Virus record (IMG/VR): IMGVR_UViG_3300025435_001056
Location: 112,633-176,632 of that record
Strand: one strand, 5' to 3'
Length of the DNA: 64,000 bases
From: a virus
This document shows positions 48,755 to 56,759 of this stretch, in pieces (within the stretch, counting starts at the first letter, position 1; each line of letters starts with the position of its first letter). Below the pieces are notes generated by a model. It was not told the DNA's origin. It saw nothing but the letters and a program-made list of their open reading frames with translations, and did not search any database. Position numbers and translations under genes: made by a program.

Positions 48755-49048
48755 ATGGCCCGACAATTTATTCGTTTACTATGCGACGTAACCTGCGACT
48801 GGGAAGGACTTAGTCCTATCTATCGGGCCTATGTCAACGACGAATTGTTTGCTGAACGTACCTGGATTTGGACCGATTGTTACCTGGAAGAACTGTTCCA
48901 GATTGAAGCCAAATCTGGAGAATACCGTGTGCGCTATGAACTAGTACCGCCACACCTGGCCAACTTGACTGTGAGCAATTGGCGGGTAGAATACGGACCA
49001 GCTACTGTAGAAAACGGCGTTTTAAGGATACACAATGAGACTGTATGA
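48755..49048 (+). CDS. Hypothetical protein
   Basis: YRAYVNDELFAERTWIW; TAAATA 4 nt before ATG 48755. Confidence 0.7.
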   Translation: MARQFIRLLCDVTCDWEGLSPIYRAYVNDELFAERTWIWTDCYLEELFQIEAKSGEYRVRYELVPPHLANLTVSNWRVEYGPATVENGVLRIHNETV

Positions 49049-49238
49049 AATTGTAAATTTGGATGAAACTGCGTCAGCAGGAGCCACCGGTTCAGGTAGC
49101 GTAGCCACTGTAGCCATGCCCTTGGGCGGCACCATCAGCAGAAATGGCGGCAGTTTCTTTACCGGAACTAAATACATTACCGGCGATGCAACACCAAATA
49201 CGCCGGCTGAATACAAGAAGTACAAACGGAAAAAGTGA
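49035..49238 (+). CDS. Small putative internal head protein
   Basis: MRLYEIVNLDE followed by TASAGATGSGSVA; basic C-terminus. Confidence 0.7.
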   Translation: MRLYEIVNLDETASAGATGSGSVATVAMPLGGTISRNGGSFFTGTKYITGDATPNTPAEYKKYKRKK

Positions 49239-49678
49239 TGCTGGCTGATTTATTAAAAACTCTATTGGGAACACAGGCTGCCTACTATGTCAAGGCCCAC
49301 GGTTTCCATTGGAATGTAGAAACTCTTGATTTTTATCAGTATCATAAGTTTTTCCAAAAGATCTATGAAGATGCCTACAGCGCCATAGATCCCATAGCCG
49401 AATATATCAGAAGCCTAGACGAATATGCTCCAGGCAGCCTAGAGCGTTTTTTAGAACTAAGCATAATTACCGGGCAGACCAAAGTGCCCCGTGCCCGATT
49501 AATGATTGAAGAACTGTTGGCCAACAGTGAAGAAATGGTTGCCCTATTGAACCAGTGTTTTGCTGCTGCCACCAAAGAAAACAAACAAGACATAGCGAAC
49601 TTTATCGCTGAACGTTTGAGCCAGACCAACAAGTTTGCCTGGCAACTACGTTCTACCTTAAAGGAAGCAAGGGCATGA
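49238..49678 (+). CDS. dps: Dps-family ferritin-like protein
   Basis: KAHGFHWNV, YHKFF..IYE, IDPIAEYIR, AWQLRS. Confidence 0.88.
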   Translation: MLADLLKTLLGTQAAYYVKAHGFHWNVETLDFYQYHKFFQKIYEDAYSAIDPIAEYIRSLDEYAPGSLERFLELSIITGQTKVPRARLMIEELLANSEEMVALLNQCFAAATKENKQDIANFIAERLSQTNKFAWQLRSTLKEARA

Positions 49679-49681
49679 TCC

Positions 49682-50338
49682 ATGGCACACGACCATAACG
49701 ATATCTATTCAATAGTTGAACGTCTCCGTGTCTTGGAAGAAGGACTGGACAAGAACCAACGGTCGGTAAACCAACTCAGTGCCACATTCAAACCCAAGAC
49801 TGTGGCTGTGCTGACTGCCAAGACTGATCCTAAAAATCCCATGGCAGGCAAGCTAGTAGGCGGCAGTGAAAGTGTGGAACCCGATGAAGACATGCTGGAA
49901 GATGCTGGCATGTCCTGGGATGGAGTAAGCCCCGACACCAAAGAATTTGCCAGCGAGGACGTGTTGGAAAAGGTCAAAAGATCATTTACTGATTTTGTCA
50001 AGTCGGTAGAAGAAGAAATTAAAGATTCGGATATCAAAGAGAAAAAGTCAGAAGATACGGATCTCAAAGACAAAGATCAAAAGGATCGTGCTCTCATAGC
50101 CAAACAGGTCAAAGAACACGGTACCAACTTACCTGAATCAGATCCAGTAAAAACCATCACCAATGAGTCAGGCACTTGGGCAATACACGAGGCCGCCGGC
50201 AGTTTTGAAATACGACACGGTAATGGCCGACTGCCTACTAGATTTAAAAACATGGATGAAGCCGCCTTGGCTGTGGAAATGTTTAACCTGCGTCGTAAAA
50301 GAAACGATGTCACACAAGATTATATAGATGAAGCTTAA
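49682..50338 (+). CDS. Acidic hypothetical protein (putative head-associated)
   Basis: 218-aa ORF ending DYIDEA. Confidence 0.7.
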   Translation: MAHDHNDIYSIVERLRVLEEGLDKNQRSVNQLSATFKPKTVAVLTAKTDPKNPMAGKLVGGSESVEPDEDMLEDAGMSWDGVSPDTKEFASEDVLEKVKRSFTDFVKSVEEEIKDSDIKEKKSEDTDLKDKDQKDRALIAKQVKEHGTNLPESDPVKTITNESGTWAIHEAAGSFEIRHGNGRLPTRFKNMDEAALAVEMFNLRRKRNDVTQDYIDEA

Positions 50339-50350
50339 GGAAGAAAATAA

Positions 50351-53300
50351 ATGTTAGCATTAGACCTATTCAATACCCGGTTCGAAAAGAATTTACAAGA
50401 AGGCGCCTTAGACGACACCATAACTCGTACACAGGCACACTTGATGGAGCCCTTGAGCAAGCGTGCTGCCGAAATCCGCACCCAGTTGCGCAGTGGCAAA
50501 TTACGACCCATGCAGATTCAACAGTTGGAACGCGAGTATGAAGATCTAGTTGACAAGCGCATGAAGATTCTCAAAGGTGAAATCACTTCACAAGAAGAAT
50601 GCATGGGCTACGGCGGTCTTGGTGAAGATGTTTATGACACTTACACCAATACTTACAGTCCCGAAGCTATTGCATTAGGTAAACGATTTTGCGAACACTA
50701 TAATATCACAGATGATGACGATATTCAATTTGCAGTGGAAATTATTGATAACGAACTCGAAGGGTTTAAACACGCTAATCAACCTGTAGATTTAAAGCGT
50801 ATAAAAAGCAGTGTAGCTGACGCATTCCGCCAGGCGTTCCGTGGTATTAGAACTGATGGGCCAAACTTCCGTAAACACTTTAAAGAAGCAGGTCTTCCTG
50901 ATATTGCAGACAAGCAGGCCAAGATGTCTCAACTCAATCAACCCGGTCGAGCAGGCACAGATACTGTCAAGCCACAACAGCGTGTGAACCCTAACCCCAA
51001 CAAGGGCGTAGTAGGTCATGCTGCAGATTGGTTGCGTGGCAAGGGCGGTCCTGGCAAAGAAGGTCCTACCTACGAAGACCTAGATGAACAAGCCACTCCT
51101 GGATCTACAGCACAAGGTGTTTACAATGAAATGATTCAAGCCTGGACCGACGAAAAAGATCATCTGGTCATACCATTTCCCAACAGCCCCAATGCCACAC
51201 TTACAAGACCTCAGTTATGGAACGCACTTGTGACTCTAGGACAAGTAGCGCCAAATCGTCGAGCAAAATATATAGAATCAAAATTTAATGATTTTGAAAC
51301 ATTCATGCACTGGCTCAACCAGATAAAACGCTACAAGGTTCCGGCCAAGAAAAAGAAAAATGTACAGCAGGCCATGGATTTACAACCACAAGTGGTAGCA
51401 CCGCCATCAGTTACACAGGCCGCTGAACCACAAGTTCCAATGGCCGAAACCCGCGGTCAAAAAAAAAATTCTGAAGACCCAGATCTAACAGGGTCCACAG
51501 CTCGTGATGCTACAGTGCAACGCGAACTTCAAAAGGTCCGTGCTCGTCACCCTTCGGCCCGCACTGATATTGAAGCATTGGTCAAGGATGAAATAGTCAA
51601 TCAAGAACGGGTAAATCAAGAAATTGAGCATTTAGAAACCGTTGACAGTCAACAAGATGCCCAGCTGAAACAGGCACTGACCTTGAATCGCCAGCAAGAA
51701 CAAGAAATTACCAATCTTAATCAGGAGTTGTCAAGACTTGACAGCAGGTTGAATCAGATCATGTCTACCACGGCTGCAAAACCCACAACACAACCAACTA
51801 AATCCGCAACAACTACAAAGGCAACTCCTGCTACCGCAACACCATTGTCGGTAACTCCTGCAACAACTGAACCTATCAAGCCGGCCGAACCAGTAGCAGA
51901 TAAATCTGCGGCTGAAATTGTACGCCTGGAAAAACAGATACAGCAGTTGGAGCTGATGATGACTCTCAAGACTCCAGCACAACAAGATGATCTCCGTGAT
52001 CGTATTGACGCATTGGAAAAAGAGCGCGATGCCAAGGTAGAAAAACAAAAGGCCGCTACAGCCAAGGGCGCCGCCACTAGAAAAGCCAATAAGGACAAGG
52101 CCGCGGCCGCGGCCGCAAGTGAAAAACCATCAAGCGCACCAACTACAGTTGAGCCTGAAAAAACACAAAAACCTTACTATCCTGATACTGCCGGTATAGC
52201 AGGCATGGGAGGATCTACCAAAACTAAACCCAATAAACCCAATAAACCAACCGGCATGGATTTTTTAGATGATCTTCTTAAAGGTCACAAAATTGAAATG
52301 GACCCGGGCGAAACAGCCGAGCTTGATCCGGAAGAATTACGACAAACTGCCGAAGTTGATGAAGGTACCGACAATCCTGCAGATATCGGTTCAGGCAAAC
52401 AGTTAAGACGTACTCCAGAGATTCGCAGACTCAAGCAGGTTCGAGACTACGAACTCATGTTGAAAAAAGAGCTGGCCAATCGCATACAGGATCGTAATGC
52501 CGAGGATGATGAGCAAGATTTTCAAGATGTAACAGAAAGTAACATGAAACGCATGCTCGGTGATCTTGACGACATGACCGATGCCGAATTCCTGCAACTC
52601 TACAAGCGTCCCAAACAGTATTGGCGCAATCAGTTAGCGGTCAAATCTACACCGGCTAGCAATATCAATGACTTAGAATCCGATATTGATACTGCTGTGG
52701 CCAAACCCACATTTGATCGTACAGGTCGCATGGTTCGCACCAAGCCGGCCAATACACAACAGGGCATGCGTCGCATGTTGGGCCGACCTAAAACAACACG
52801 CCTGGCTCCAGCTTTAGAGCCAGTGGAAGTGACCATGCAGGTACCCAACAGAAAAACTGATCAGTATGATCTGTTACCAGCTCGCATATTCAACAGCGAA
52901 GCCGAAGCCCGTGAATTTGCTCGTAGAGTAAACGGTTATATTACCAGCATCAAGCCGGTCATGCACGAAGCTACTGTAGGCGGATCAGGTCTAACTGGGT
53001 TACAAGACCACTATGCTGTGTATAAGAAAGAAAACGGCCGAGTCACCAAAGTTAAGGATACCAACAAGGCTGGCGGACCAATGAACAGTCTGCAAGCTCA
53101 GGCCTATGTCAATACTATGATCAAGAATAATCCTCAACGCTACAATCACGAAACAGTCTGGCATGCTCCGGCCGATATAGATCTGGACGAAGGACAAGTA
53201 GTTCCATTCGCTATACCCGATGATCGTGCCCAAGGTAATTACGAGCAGATGAATTATCGCAAGAATCCAAGTGACCGATATGGTGTTATTGATCACACAT

Positions 53301-54022
53301 TTAACAAATTAATAGTAACTGCTAACAATTTAAAACAGGCCAAGATGGAAGCTATTGAGTGGGCCGACTACGACGACATTAAAACCAGCGTGGTCAATCA
53401 AAAAACTGGAAAAACTGTGTTCGTGGTCAATGGATCGCATGATGCTGAACAGTACATGTATGAGGCTGCCAATCCAGCACAACAGTCTGCCATTGCCATC
53501 AACATGAAGAAGCATCATAAGAAGCCCAAACACGTGGAAGAAGATGCCATCCCTGGCAAGATGGTTACCCAGGGCTTTGTGGTTGAATATGATCCTACAA
53601 CACAGACTGTGGTGATCAGCAAGCGTGGTCAAGAATTGGATCGCTTTGCTTTCAAAGGCAAACCCAACCTGATCGGCTTCCAGAAAATCATAGCCAGGCG
53701 AGTCAAGGCCCTGGAAGATGATCTCTACGGAGCCGATGATGAAGCCGGCGCAGTAAGTCTCAGTCGCGTAAAAGTACCAGGACGTGGCTACGGATTCCAA
53801 GAACTGGGTGAAGAATCCAGTACCAGCAGTGACGAAGCCGAGAGTGCCATCCTAAAACGAATTATGACGGCACATTTGGATCTGCTAAAAGAATTTGGTC
53901 CACAAAAGGTCATGCAGGCTGTAGAAGAAGTGGCTTACAATGTAGGCGACTTGGACGAAATTGGATCCAGCGATGTCAGTGCCTGGGTACACGAAGTCAA
54001 ACAAATCCTCGGTGCTGAATGA
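50351..54022 (+). CDS. Large modular low-complexity/coiled-coil protein (putative internal head polyprotein)
   Basis: 1223 aa; many modules bounded by hydrophobic-x-E; includes EAANPAQQSAIAINMKK module. Confidence 0.75.
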   Translation: MLALDLFNTRFEKNLQEGALDDTITRTQAHLMEPLSKRAAEIRTQLRSGKLRPMQIQQLEREYEDLVDKRMKILKGEITSQEECMGYGGLGEDVYDTYTNTYSPEAIALGKRFCEHYNITDDDDIQFAVEIIDNELEGFKHANQPVDLKRIKSSVADAFRQAFRGIRTDGPNFRKHFKEAGLPDIADKQAKMSQLNQPGRAGTDTVKPQQRVNPNPNKGVVGHAADWLRGKGGPGKEGPTYEDLDEQATPGSTAQGVYNEMIQAWTDEKDHLVIPFPNSPNATLTRPQLWNALVTLGQVAPNRRAKYIESKFNDFETFMHWLNQIKRYKVPAKKKKNVQQAMDLQPQVVAPPSVTQAAEPQVPMAETRGQKKNSEDPDLTGSTARDATVQRELQKVRARHPSARTDIEALVKDEIVNQERVNQEIEHLETVDSQQDAQLKQALTLNRQQEQEITNLNQELSRLDSRLNQIMSTTAAKPTTQPTKSATTTKATPATATPLSVTPATTEPIKPAEPVADKSAAEIVRLEKQIQQLELMMTLKTPAQQDDLRDRIDALEKERDAKVEKQKAATAKGAATRKANKDKAAAAAASEKPSSAPTTVEPEKTQKPYYPDTAGIAGMGGSTKTKPNKPNKPTGMDFLDDLLKGHKIEMDPGETAELDPEELRQTAEVDEGTDNPADIGSGKQLRRTPEIRRLKQVRDYELMLKKELANRIQDRNAEDDEQDFQDVTESNMKRMLGDLDDMTDAEFLQLYKRPKQYWRNQLAVKSTPASNINDLESDIDTAVAKPTFDRTGRMVRTKPANTQQGMRRMLGRPKTTRLAPALEPVEVTMQVPNRKTDQYDLLPARIFNSEAEAREFARRVNGYITSIKPVMHEATVGGSGLTGLQDHYAVYKKENGRVTKVKDTNKAGGPMNSLQAQAYVNTMIKNNPQRYNHETVWHAPADIDLDEGQVVPFAIPDDRAQGNYEQMNYRKNPSDRYGVIDHTFNKLIVTANNLKQAKMEAIEWADYDDIKTSVVNQKTGKTVFVVNGSHDAEQYMYEAANPAQQSAIAINMKKHHKKPKHVEEDAIPGKMVTQGFVVEYDPTTQTVVISKRGQELDRFAFKGKPNLIGFQKIIARRVKALEDDLYGADDEAGAVSLSRVKVPGRGYGFQELGEESSTSSDEAESAILKRIMTAHLDLLKEFGPQKVMQAVEEVAYNVGDLDEIGSSDVSAWVHEVKQILGAE

Positions 54023-54657
54023 AAATATCAGATTTCAAAATAAAAAACTACAACAAACTGGACAGTATCCTGGTGCGTCTGTGTGAGTTGGTCATAGACG
54101 GTCAACGCAAGAATCCTGATCTATACGGCATGGTAGCTGCCGCTGTGCTGGATCCTGATAACCGCTGTGTAGCTGCACTAAACTATCAAACTGATGCTGG
54201 CGATGTACATGGTGAACGTGCCGCAATAGATGCCTATCATGAACGCTTTGGTTCTATACCCGAAGGCAGCATTATACTCACTACCTGTAGTCCTTGCACT
54301 GAGCCTATGCCTGAACGGTATGGCGACAGTTGCAAAGACCTGATCAGCTCAACCGCAGTGCATAAAGTCTATGCTGGCTACAGAGACCCCAGTCAACAAA
54401 CTTTTGGCGGTAACAAGACCTATCATTTGGAAATCACTCGTAACAAGAAGATACAGGAGCTGTGCGGGGCTTTTGCTGCAACTTGGCTCAAGGATGAATT
54501 GAATGAACTCAGTTTCCTAGGAAGCCCTTGTACCAAGGACTGTAGCGGCCATAGAGCCGGTTATGCCTGGAGTCAAAGCAAGGGTGGCCAGGTAGCACAA
54601 AGCCCTTGGAGCCCCAGCTTCAACAAGGGCAGTCAACTACATGTGGATGGCAAATGA
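54019..54657 (+). CDS. Zn-dependent cytidine/dCMP deaminase-fold protein with C-terminal Cys module
   Basis: VAAAVL, VHGERAAI (HxE), TTCSPC (PC motif); tail FLGSPCTKDCSGHRAGYAW. Confidence 0.8.
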   Translation: MKISDFKIKNYNKLDSILVRLCELVIDGQRKNPDLYGMVAAAVLDPDNRCVAALNYQTDAGDVHGERAAIDAYHERFGSIPEGSIILTTCSPCTEPMPERYGDSCKDLISSTAVHKVYAGYRDPSQQTFGGNKTYHLEITRNKKIQELCGAFAATWLKDELNELSFLGSPCTKDCSGHRAGYAWSQSKGGQVAQSPWSPSFNKGSQLHVDGK

Positions 54658-54725
54658 ACGATTACCCAGTATGGCCCGAAGACAACGGCGATGATAGTCC
54701 AAGAAATCCTTACGCACCAGTCTGA
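54654..54725 (+). CDS. Putative 23-aa peptide MNDYPVWPEDNGDDSPRNPYAPV
   Basis: ATGA overlap with the deaminase stop; overlaps the start of the next gene. Confidence 0.4.
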   Translation: MNDYPVWPEDNGDDSPRNPYAPV

Positions 54726-55281
54726 GATCACTGAATCCAGTGGCTACAGCCTGGCTGGTAGTTTTACCAGAGATCTTATTGCCAGCAAGGTCTGGTTGTT
54801 ACAAGAACTAGAAAAGATTCAACGTCATTACACCACCATATATGTATTGGGATCCTGGTATGGTAACATGGCCCTGTTCATGAGTCTACAGCCTGTCATT
54901 ATAGCAGACACTATTATCAATGTGGAAGTCAATCCTGAAATGTTGCAGACCAGTGAACGGTTATTAGATATGGCCGGCGTAGATAACGTGGAGTTCATGC
55001 TGAAAGATGCCAACAAGCTAGACTATCAGCAGTTAGGTGATGCCGGTGTGGTAGTCAATACTAGCCTGACCGAAATGTCAGAACGGGCCTGGTTTGATCA
55101 CCTACCGGACGGCACCTTGGTTGTGATGCAGGCCAGAGATCAAGATCCTGGAGTCGAATATCACAGTATATCAGATATACAACGAAGGTATCCCTTAAGC
55201 CAAATACTATATCACGGCTCCATGCAGTTGCGCGATCCCGAAACCCAATATACTCGTTATATGGTTATCGGTATCAAATAG
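54691..55281 (+). CDS. SAM-dependent methyltransferase-like protein
   Basis: YVLGSWYG, INVEVN, KDAN, VVNTS Rossmann-like motifs. Confidence 0.65.
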   Translation: MIVQEILTHQSEITESSGYSLAGSFTRDLIASKVWLLQELEKIQRHYTTIYVLGSWYGNMALFMSLQPVIIADTIINVEVNPEMLQTSERLLDMAGVDNVEFMLKDANKLDYQQLGDAGVVVNTSLTEMSERAWFDHLPDGTLVVMQARDQDPGVEYHSISDIQRRYPLSQILYHGSMQLRDPETQYTRYMVIGIK

Positions 55282-55282
55282 A

Positions 55283-55375
55283 ATACCCTTAGGACCGCAC
55301 TAGTTGCGAGGGTGGCCGGGTGCTGGCCTAGTTGAACGATTCGCTACCGTGAAACTTAAAGTGACCAACCATTAG
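55283..55375 (+). ncRNA. Candidate small structured RNA with three hairpins and a pseudoknot
   Basis: GC-rich intergenic island; ACCCT/AGGGT, CGCA/TGCG, GGCCGG/CTGGCC, AGTT..ACG/CGT..AACT, loop TCGCT pairing with AGTGA. Confidence 0.5.
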
Positions 55376-55390
55376 CAGATAACTACAATA

Positions 55391-56101
55391 ATGAAACCAT
55401 ATGTAAAAGAATTCCTTGATACTTACAACGATAAGAATATCTTTGAGTATGCGCCATTGCCCGATGGCGATGTGTGGGCTCAGGCCAATTGGATACTATT
55501 TGAATCCAAAATGCCATGGTTAGAATTGACAGGTATTGATGCACCTTATGCAGAAATGTTGGCCGAAGCACAGGCTCTTAAAGACCTATTTGTGTATCAC
55601 CGTGATGGTGAAGAAGGACACAGTGGGTGGCGTAGTTTGTCTGTACATGGTATCAGTGCTGACAAGACCAATGTGCCTGAAACTTACGGTTTAGATCCTA
55701 ACCAGGTCACTTATCAGTGGACTGAAATACAAGATCGTTGCCCAGTTACAGTTGAATTTTTCAAACAAGTATTTCCTTACAGTCGATATCAAAGATTAAG
55801 ATACATGTTGCTGGAACCCGGCGGATACATTGCACCACACAGTGACAATGTTAAAAATATTCCTGGGGCCGCTGTAAATATTTCATTAAACAATCCTGAG
55901 AATTGTCGGCTGACCAGCACGTTTGGAACCATGCCATTTAGAGATTCAGGTAGTATATTTTTGTTTAACAATCATTATCAACATGCCGTGCATAATGCCA
56001 GCAATACCGATAGATTTCATATGATTGTACATGGAGAATGGCGCAGTCCAGATTGGCAACAACTAGTAGTCAACAGTTATAAAAAGGCCCTAAATGGTTG
56101 A
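55391..56101 (+). CDS. Aspartyl/asparaginyl beta-hydroxylase-like Fe(II)/2OG oxygenase
   Basis: RLRYMLLEPGGYIAPHSD, HAVHNASNTDRFHMIVH. Confidence 0.8.
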   Translation: MKPYVKEFLDTYNDKNIFEYAPLPDGDVWAQANWILFESKMPWLELTGIDAPYAEMLAEAQALKDLFVYHRDGEEGHSGWRSLSVHGISADKTNVPETYGLDPNQVTYQWTEIQDRCPVTVEFFKQVFPYSRYQRLRYMLLEPGGYIAPHSDNVKNIPGAAVNISLNNPENCRLTSTFGTMPFRDSGSIFLFNNHYQHAVHNASNTDRFHMIVHGEWRSPDWQQLVVNSYKKALNG

Positions 56102-56759
56102 AACTTTTGATAATTTAATTTCTTCTGAACAGTTGTCTTGGTTCCGCAATGACTTTGAACGCATGATTGACGTTGATCCGGTCATGCGTCCATACGATCC
56201 TGCAGATGCCAAACGCATATATGGTGTAGACGATTGCTCGGTGCTGGATCAACGGCACTTGGTACAGGCTGGTACTGAGGCCTATAACATTATGATTGAT
56301 ATTCTTGCACCAGTAATACCTGCTGGCACATTTTTTTACATGGCCTATCAGCGACAATTTTTACCACATCAATTGCATGTGGACGAAGTGTACGAGCATA
56401 CCAATTTAGACTATGCCAAAAGTGCGGTAATTCCCTTGTACGAAAACACCAATAACATTTTTAAAACCATTATTTGGAACAAGGTATTTTTGACCAATAG
56501 CGATCTACACAGTTTTTTCAAAGAGTACATTGCAGATTCTTCAAAATTCCCAACAGTCAGTGATGTCAGTGCCACACAAGATGTTGACCATTGCTGGGGA
56601 TTGCCCAGCATAGTGGATGTCATGTCATTAGATGGCGTATATGATTATCAATTGGGATCTATCGGTATGTTCGATCGTACTCATGTACATTGTTCATCCA
56701 ACTGGCGAAAATATCGTCAGATTGATTACAAAGATATCATTATACTTCACATTGGCTGA
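56094..56759 (+). CDS. Putative Fe(II)/2OG oxygenase-like protein
   Basis: PHQLHVD (HxD), FDRTHVHCSS, K..I. Confidence 0.6.
   Translation: MVETFDNLISSEQLSWFRNDFERMIDVDPVMRPYDPADAKRIYGVDDCSVLDQRHLVQAGTEAYNIMIDILAPVIPAGTFFYMAYQRQFLPHQLHVDEVYEHTNLDYAKSAVIPLYENTNNIFKTIIWNKVFLTNSDLHSFFKEYIADSSKFPTVSDVSATQDVDHCWGLPSIVDVMSLDGVYDYQLGSIGMFDRTHVHCSSNWRKYRQIDYKDIIILHIG

Noticed and set aside
55283-55375. tRNA gene (TTCG resembles a T-loop)
   Set aside because: No acceptor stem, cloverleaf or CCA end; I found no tRNA in the window
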